DNA of 64,000 nt, taken from Camelus ferus. Taxonomy: Eukaryota. The translations under genes were made by a program, and so were the position numbers. The DNA is taken from the NCBI RefSeq assembly GCF_009834535.1, contig NC_045697.1, forward strand, positions 38,814,001 through 38,878,000, given 5' to 3'. Numbering within the stretch: the stretch's first letter is position 1; the number at the start of each line of letters is the position of its first letter. The notes beneath the pieces are model-generated. The model did no database searches. It was not told the DNA's origin and saw only the letters and a list, made by a program, of their open reading frames with translations. This document shows positions 56,500 to 64,000 of the stretch, piece after piece.

Positions 56500-59400
56500 G
56501 CAAATTGGAGTGGTTGTCAGGTTTGGGAGGGGAAGAGAGGAAAGATGAATCTGTGGAGCACAGGAGATTTTTAGGGGAATGAAATTATTCTGTATGGTAT
56601 GTTAATGGTAGATGTGTGGCATTATGCACTTGTCCAGATCCACAGACTGTACAACACAGAGTGAATCCTAATGTAAACTATGGATGTTAGTTAATAATAA
56701 TGTATTGATATTGGCTCATCAATGATAACAATTGTACCACCCTAATACAACATATTAATAGTGGGAGAAAATGAGAGGGGAGGAGATATATGGGAACTCT
56801 GTACTGTCCACTCAATTTTTCTGAAAACCTAAAACTTTCCCCCAATTATAAAGTCTATTAATTAGGAAAAAAGGTAAATTAGTGGTTGAGGAGATTGTTG
56901 CATGATACATTCTTGGGGAAATCTTGAATCATCCAACACAAATCTGGTTAAAACATGCTTTCGGTTTCGGTCTTTTGTTTACTCTGCATAAAGGTGCATT
57001 GTTTATTTTGCAAGGGCATAAGGATTAAGAACAAAATGAGAGCAATAGAATGTCTTGTACCTGTTGCCAAAATAAGCTTTCTCACTTGGTTGACTATCAT
57101 GAACATTAAATCAGTCTACTCAGAGGAATAAATTTCACCCTTCATAGGAAAATTTCTAAATCTTCTTCAATTTATTTAGTAAGTAAACACTATCTTAGCA
57201 ATTATCACTACAGGATTCACCGTGTCAACAAACATATATGAAGGTGTTTAACGAAGGGCTTTATTGTTAGTATCTTGTTGATCAGTAATCACACATTTAA
57301 CTTTGTCAGTTTTTTTGTTTTTGTTTTTGCTTTTGCCTAGGCAGAGAACCAGGTCTGTGACCTCTTCTCTGCGGTGGAGAATTCAAACTTGAGCTCACGA
57401 TCAGACCCCAGTTTCCTCTAGCCCTGGGGCCGTTTACATCCTTCCCCTCTTGCCGTTCACCACCTTCAATCGTGGACATAATCTCAGGTCTATGAATAAC
57501 ATGTCTTTATTCTAACTCGGCTTGATATCAGTCCTCAAGCCTTACTCCACTGAGCTGCTGGGAAAACAGCCTCGCATCTTTCTGGGGTTCCAAGAGCCTC
57601 CGTCCGAGTGCCAAGATATTGAGTGGTGGGGCTTGGAGGTGGGGTGGGGATGATCCTCTGGGCCTTGGTCCATGCAGGCTACTGCTAGGACGTGTCATCT
57701 CTGTCTGCCTGTTCCCTGCAGGTCCTCCCCCTGTCTGCTGCTTTCCTCCGTGACTGGCGTGTGGGAGTCCTTGGCAGGGCTGCCTTTGATGCTATCTGCC
57801 TCGGCACATTCTCTCTCTGGGATTTTTTCCTGTAGTAGTAACTGTGCCAAGCCAGGCACAGATCTTTTCTGCTCCTGGAATCCACAGCCTCTCATTTTTT
57901 CCTCTTGACTCTCACCTGTAAAAAAAACTCTTTCCAGTCTGGGGATGACACAGATTCTCTTTCTTTAATCTTTTCCACGAGGTCCCACCCTAGGATTCCC
58001 TAAGGGCTTTGGCTTCTGGAACAAAAAGCAAAAATACTTTCAAACTATATCTGTTTTCTCCCTTGTACATCCCTTCCTCAGGGCAATGAAGCCAGAGCCT
58101 GCTGGGATGGAAGGAAGGGAAAGGAGTCCTACAGAGAGAAAAAGGAAGAAGTCCGTATTTCAGAATATTATTTGGCCATGTGTTTTATTTGTATGGAGGC
58201 CTTCTCTCTCTCATAGGCTGTCTGACAGTGTGAGTTGTTTTCCCCAGCACCTGTGGAGTGAGACCAGGTACGCCCCTGACAGTCTCTGGTGGTTCTTCCT
58301 TAAGCCTTGGCCAGCTGTGAGGAGAGCCCTGGAGCGCTTTTGTGGGTTCACGATGGTGGCATCCCTGCTGCTAAATCCTAAGACTTCCCTTCCCAGGTGT
58401 TGCCAACTATTACATCTTCGGCCGCCTTTGGAGACATTGGATACGTCTGAACACAGTTAACCAGAATAGGTGAAATGTCAGAACTGGTTTTCATCAAATG
58501 GAGAGGCTTTGGTCCAAATCATTAAGAGGATGCTGAATGCATTGACCATATTACTTGGCAGGAGGGGGAGGGAGGGGCAAGAAACCTTAATACTTTGAGT
58601 CTCCGACCCCTAAATGCCACAGGGCTTCTCCGGAATTCTCACATCACATACTCTAAGCTGAGGCACTGAAGACCTATCTTAAAATGTAAACGTGCTATTA
58701 GGTGATTTTAGGTGACCTTGGTTACTCAGCAGGGCATAAACCTTGAAGGAATGAGACACAGGACCTGTTAAGTTTGGATAGAAGAAGGTGGGGGTGGGGA
58801 AAAGAAAAAGCCACAGCCTCCTGTGGGAGACTAGGATGAGAAATGGAATACGAAAGGGGCTCAGAAACCAGTCCAATAGTTTATCATTTTGTTCAGGGTG
58901 GGTATGCTCTACATCTGCGGAAGGGGTGAGCCCGTCCGCTTTCTTTTTTGTGGGTTGTCGGTTGAGACCTTGATTCATTCTCCTTTCAACTGCGTAGGGA
59001 GCTGCGAGGTTCAGTTCCTTGGGGTTTGCGCTGTGTGGGCTGGAGTCCCACGGCCCTGGGAGGCTCACCACTGGGAAGCAGCACGCGGATGGAGGAGCGC
59101 GAATAAGCTCTCCGCTCCAACCACCTGTCCGCTCCTGCTTCCCCCGCCCGGGACTGACCGGGTCCTTAACGCCCCGCGCCCCTCGCGCCCCTCACCTTGT
59201 CCAGGCCATTAACTCTTTGTTGTTGTTTTTGTTGTTGTTTTCAGATATATCAATTAAAATTCAGATGTAATTGAATAATTGACATCTAACATTCTATTAG
59301 TTTCAGGTATACAACATAACGAGGCTAGGTGCTGAGCAGCCTGTCTAGTGAGAGCGGGTCCAGGCCTCATTCTCCCCCGGACCCCTGCGCCCAGCCCCGT

Positions 59401-60228
59401 GTCTGCCACCTCAGAGTCACTCACTCAACGTTAACTAAACTGAAATGAAACTGCGTTTAGTGCAGGTCTGTGGAATTTGGGTCTACCTCACCAAGCTTTT
59501 TAATATCCCCAAGTAAGTCTCGATTTATCTAAAAAATAGATAAATTGGTTTTATAAAGTGGCTCAGGAGATCCTAATTCCTTGTCTTTGCTTTTCCAGTT
59601 GCTCTGCACGCCCCTCTCTCCACAACCCCCTAAGCACCAAGGAGTGCACTATGCAAAGGAGTAGAAAGTGAAGGGAAAGGCCCCTTCTTAGCTTCAGACC
59701 AGACACTCATGTGCTTTTATGGAATAAGTATTTTGTACCAGGACTGGACAACAAAGTGGATTCCTGAGAGAAGATTAAAGGAATGACCGCGTTGGCCAGG
59801 GAAAAATACCGAAGGCTCTCTTCCCTCCAGCCAGCTGCTCAGCTCCTTGGAGCAAAACCACCCGTCTGAAGTTTGTGTTAGACCTGACCCTGCTGTGGCT
59901 TTCAGACTGTGTAAGGCAATTTCCCTGCTTATTATCCCTGTTTAGACTCAGCTAAACTCATAAACAGGACCTCTTAGGTTGCTGCCATTGTTCTGGAACT
60001 TTTGGGCTTTGAAGGTGGTCTAGGGCTTATTTATTAATTGGAGAACCTCAGATTCTTGGTTCACTAACTCATTAACCCTCACAGCTCCCACATCTTGGTG
60101 CACATGGAATAACTTAGTTGAAATGGAATTGAGTTGTCTAAACTTGCAAAAGATTCCAAATGGTTGCTCTTTGACCTTGTGGTGTATATGTGGCAAACTG
60201 TTTTCTGAAACCCAGACAGGACACATTT

Positions 60229-60409
60229 TTCCCCCATTTAAAAAAAATTGAAGTATCGTCAGTTTGCAATGTTGTGTCAGTGTCTGGTGTACAGCATAAT
60301 TTTTCAGTCATACATATACATACCTATATTCCTTTTCATTGTAGGTTACTGTAAGATATTGAATATAGTTCCCTGTGCTATACAGTAGAACCTTGTTTAC
60401 CTATTTTAG
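60229..60409 (-). mobile_element. Short L1 3' end
   Basis: Perfect 15-bp TSD agacaggacacattt at 60214-60228 and 60410-60424. Confidence 0.9.
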
Positions 60410-61049
60410 AGACAGGACACATTTGGACTGTGAAAAAGGATATTTGAAATCAACTGTCCTGGCGGCGGTTTTTGGTCACTTAATGTGTATTGCATATTAT
60501 TTGGATAACTAAGTCATTTTCCCAACCTTGTTTTGCTTAGACAGATATGATAACTACTTGTATTCTATAACCTCACACCAATTTGAAGGTACTGCAGACA
60601 GTTGTGGGTAAGAGAAAGTAGGGATAAGAAAAACTCGTTCAGTTCTGAATGTTTCAGCAGTACAAGTGCTACTGATCTAAAATTAGTTATTTATAATTTA
60701 TATTTCTATTATATAACTTAATATATGTCTATTTCTATATTATATTAAATTTAATGTATTATTAATATATAATGCATTTATATATGTGCATATATTAATA
60801 AATTCAAATAGTTTAAGTTTGATATATTAATTTGTTAATATATCAGGTGTTACATTAAATATTAATTATATATATTTGATTGGGAGTCCCTTTAGTAAAT
60901 CAAGCAACTTGTACTTCATGGCTTAGTGAGTATCATTTGTTTAAGCAGCCAAATTCCAGTTGCCTTACTTTAAAGGCAAGAGTGCTTCCTTTGCTGCTAA
61001 GCTTTAGTCTAGTTTATTATTTTTCCTCATTTTGCCTTTGCTGAAAGCC

Positions 61050-61452
61050 GTTATATGAGTTATCTATTGCTGTGTAATAAACTACCCTGCAACTCAATGG
61101 CTTAAAACTTTAAGCATTTATTATCTCAGTTTCTGTGGATCTGGAGTCTGGGTGCAGCGTAGGTGGCTGCTTTAGCTCCTTGCTGGCTGGTGACTGGAAA
61201 CTTCGCTCAGTTCTTTGACATGTGGGCCTCTCCAGAGGGCAGCTCTCAACATGGCAGCAGGCTCCCTCGGAGTAAGTAAGAGAGTGAGCAGAAGAGAGTA
61301 AGACAGAAGTCATAGTCTTTTTGTAACCTAATCTTGGAAGTGACATCCCATCCCTTTGTCATAGGGTGTAGCCCAGGCAAAGGGAGGGGATGCCACAAGA
61401 GCCTGAATATAAGGTGTAGAGATTTGGAGGCATTTTAGATGCTGCCTACTAC
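61050..61452 (-). mobile_element. MLT1-type MaLR LTR
   Basis: agttatctattgctgtgtaataaactac...tttattatctcagtttctgtgg...gctgcctactaca. Confidence 0.8.
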
Positions 61453-61489
61453 AGCTAAAGAGGGGAGAGTGACCATTTTATTTATCAAA

Positions 61490-62930
61490 ATTAATATGAC
61501 CTAGATATGACACCACATACACAAGCAATAAAAAAAAAATAGGTAGATTAGATGTCATTGAAAGACTTTATGCATCAAAGAACACTATCAAGAAAGTGAA
61601 GACACGGACATAGAAGAACTATGTTACCAAAGGGGAAAGGGCAGAGGAGGGATAAATTAGGAGTTTGGAATTAACAGATACACATTACTATACATAAAAT
61701 AGATAAACAACAAGGGCCTGTGTATAGCACAGGGAATTATATTCAATCTCTTATAATAACATATAATGGAAAAGAATCTAAAAAAAAAAGTACATGTATG
61801 TGTAATTGAATAGCTTTGCTGTACACCTGAAGCTAACATTGTAAATCAACTACACTTTAATAAAAAATAAAAAAAAATAAACTTAGAAAAAGTGAAGACA
61901 ACCCACAGAGTGGGAGGAAATATTAGCAAACCATATATGTAATAACAGTCCAGTATCCAAAATATATAAAAAGCTCTTACAACTCAACAGTGAAAAGACT
62001 AACAACCCAATTTAAAAATAGGTGAGGGATTTACATAGACATTTCTCTAAAGAAAGTATACAAGTGGCCCACAAGTACATGAAAAGATGCTCGACATCAT
62101 TAGTCATTAGGAAAACGCAGATCAAAATCACAATGAGTACCACTTCATATACACTATATTTTTATTTTTTACTTTTATTTTTTAATTAAAATTTTTATTC
62201 AAGTATAATTGATTTATAATACTGTGTTAGTTTCAAGTGTATACAGTATATTTTTTAAAAGTAGAGAATAACAAATGTTGACAACAATATGGAAAAATGG
62301 GAATTCTCACACATTGCTGGTGTAAAATGGTGCAGCCACAGGGAACAGTTTGGCAGTTCCTCTAAAAGTTAAATATATAGTTACCATGTGACCCAAGAGT
62401 GCCACTCCTAGGTGTAGACACAAGAGGAATGAAAATACACATGCACAAAAATACTTGTACATGAATGAGCATGGCAGCATTATTCACAATAGCCAAGAAG
62501 TGCAAATAATACAAATACCATCAACTGATAAGTGGAAAAACAAAATGTAGTATATCCATGGAATGTTATTCAGCCATAAAAAGGAATGAAGCACTGATAC
62601 ATGCTACAGCATGAATGAACCTTGAAAATCATGCTCACTGAGAAAACCTGACATAAGAGGCCATATATGATATGATTCCATTTATATGAAATGTCTGGAG
62701 TAGGTAAATCTATAGATAGAAAATAGATTAATGGTTGCCAGGGGCTTGGAGGAAGGGGGAGTAGAGACTGCTAGTAGATACAGGATCTCTTTTCAAGGTG
62801 ATGGAAATGTTCTGAAATTATATAGTAGTGCTGGTTGCACAACTCTGTGAATACACTAAAATCCACTGAATTGTACACTTTAAAATGGTGAATTTTATGT
62901 TATGTGAATTATATCTCAATTTAAAAAAAC
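61490..62930 (+). mobile_element. Old L1 3' end with a younger L1 end nested at 61605-61886
   Basis: L1 ORF2/3'UTR motifs; nested copy has TSD agaaagtgaagaca / aaaaagtgaagaca. Confidence 0.88.
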
Positions 62931-63026
62931 TTTGTTTAGATTACTATGACCAACAGCAATAAGTATTTATTGAATATTCTGTAGCCTGCCAAGTACCCTG
63001 CTGAGTCGGGGTTCTAGAACTTAGGT

Positions 63027-63190
63027 CAGTGGTTTTCAACCTTGATGGCACATTAAAATCACGTGGGAGCTCTTAAAAATCCTGATGCCCAGGCCAGTTA
63101 AGTCAAAATCTCTGGGGTAGGATCCAAATCTCAGTCAGTTTTAGGGCCCCCATGTAATTTCAGGGTGCAGCCAAGGATGAGAACCACCAG
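63027..63190. mobile_element. MER5A-like hAT-Charlie element
   Basis: cagtggttttcaacctt...aaatcacgtgggagc...gcagccaaggatgagaaccac. Confidence 0.8.
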
Positions 63191-64000
63191 CCCGAAGCAC
63201 CATAACTCCTTAGCAAGTTGGGTTCCCTGCAGCAGTGACCACTCTCACGCCCTGTCTATCTTCTTTCCATTAACAGTAATCAGCAAAGAAAGCTGCATGG
63301 TCCCAAGTTCAGGCTCCTTATCTGAGTCAGGATGACTCCTCCATTTCTCCTAGTTTGCACTACTTTCCTTTCTGTGGGTGACTCAGAGTGTTCAGTGGTT
63401 GAAAGAGGGAATATTTTCTGCTTTACACTTTTTTTTTTTCATTTTGTGTTCGGTTGCTGTGATTCAACTGTGGGCAGAGATCATATGTTCCACTTTGGAA
63501 CAAAAGTTGGCTTTTGTCCAAATGGGTTTGCACTTTTGTCCTGAAAAACCTGGATTTTATAGTTTGTGAAGTTCTGAGCAAATAAAGATACAAGGAGCTA
63601 GAAATGTGAGGACTTTTTCGCTGGGCCTGAGTGCTTACTGTCTTTGGTATTGATCCTCTAACTGTGATACTTCGTAGTTCATTTAATGTCTTCACTCTTG
63701 GCCTCCCAGAGCCTTAGTCTGCTGCTCTAAGTCCTACGTTGCCAGCAGCTCACCATGTTGCTTTTGTGCGGCTTTCACTCTGTTTGGCAAACCTTTGTCG
63801 TCTTGGGTCCCAAACCACAGTGGTCCTAGTTAAATCCACCAACCAAAGTACTAACTTTTTTTTCATTTATCCCAGAAGCTGAAGCCAATTTGTGAAAAAG
63901 GTAGAAATGGGTGAAAAAATAGAAAGAGCCATGAAGGATCAGCAACAGCTCCTTTCGGCTACAGAAGGGCCGATGAGGTTCTAGCTAGTAACCCACCCTG

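Noticed and set aside
57908..57930. Minus-strand ttttttttacag|gtgag, resembling a recursive splice site
   Set aside because: No minus-strand transcript can be supported from this window
60680..60880. Extremely AT-rich tract
   Set aside because: Low-complexity sequence with no further structure

Overview
Mammalian genomic DNA, probably a camelid (inferred from three tRNA-derived SINEs of the camelid vic-1 type and a recurrent young L1 3' end). Two + strand protein-coding genes are present: the last coding exon of ARL9 (3295-3474) and a complete 9-exon THEGL/SPMAP2L gene (CDS 8008-45219). Splicing the THEGL exons by hand at GT-AG sites gives 1359 nt, i.e. 452 aa plus stop, with no frameshift. 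THEGL starts in a CpG island carrying an RFX X-box. The rest is mostly L1, L2, MIR, LTR and DNA-transposon remnants; repeat family names are from recall, not a RepeatMasker run. The most unusual structure is in THEGL intron 6: a Tigger1-type element is split by a ~600-bp polyadenylated, TSD-flanked retrocopy of a repeat-only RNA. Inside it an antisense L1 fragment carries about 20-24 strand-specific A-to-G changes with ADAR-like neighbour preference, a possible germline-fixed record of A-to-I RNA hyper-editing. A ~155-bp hairpin in intron 1 is also notable. No prokaryote-type system (CRISPR, operon) is present.
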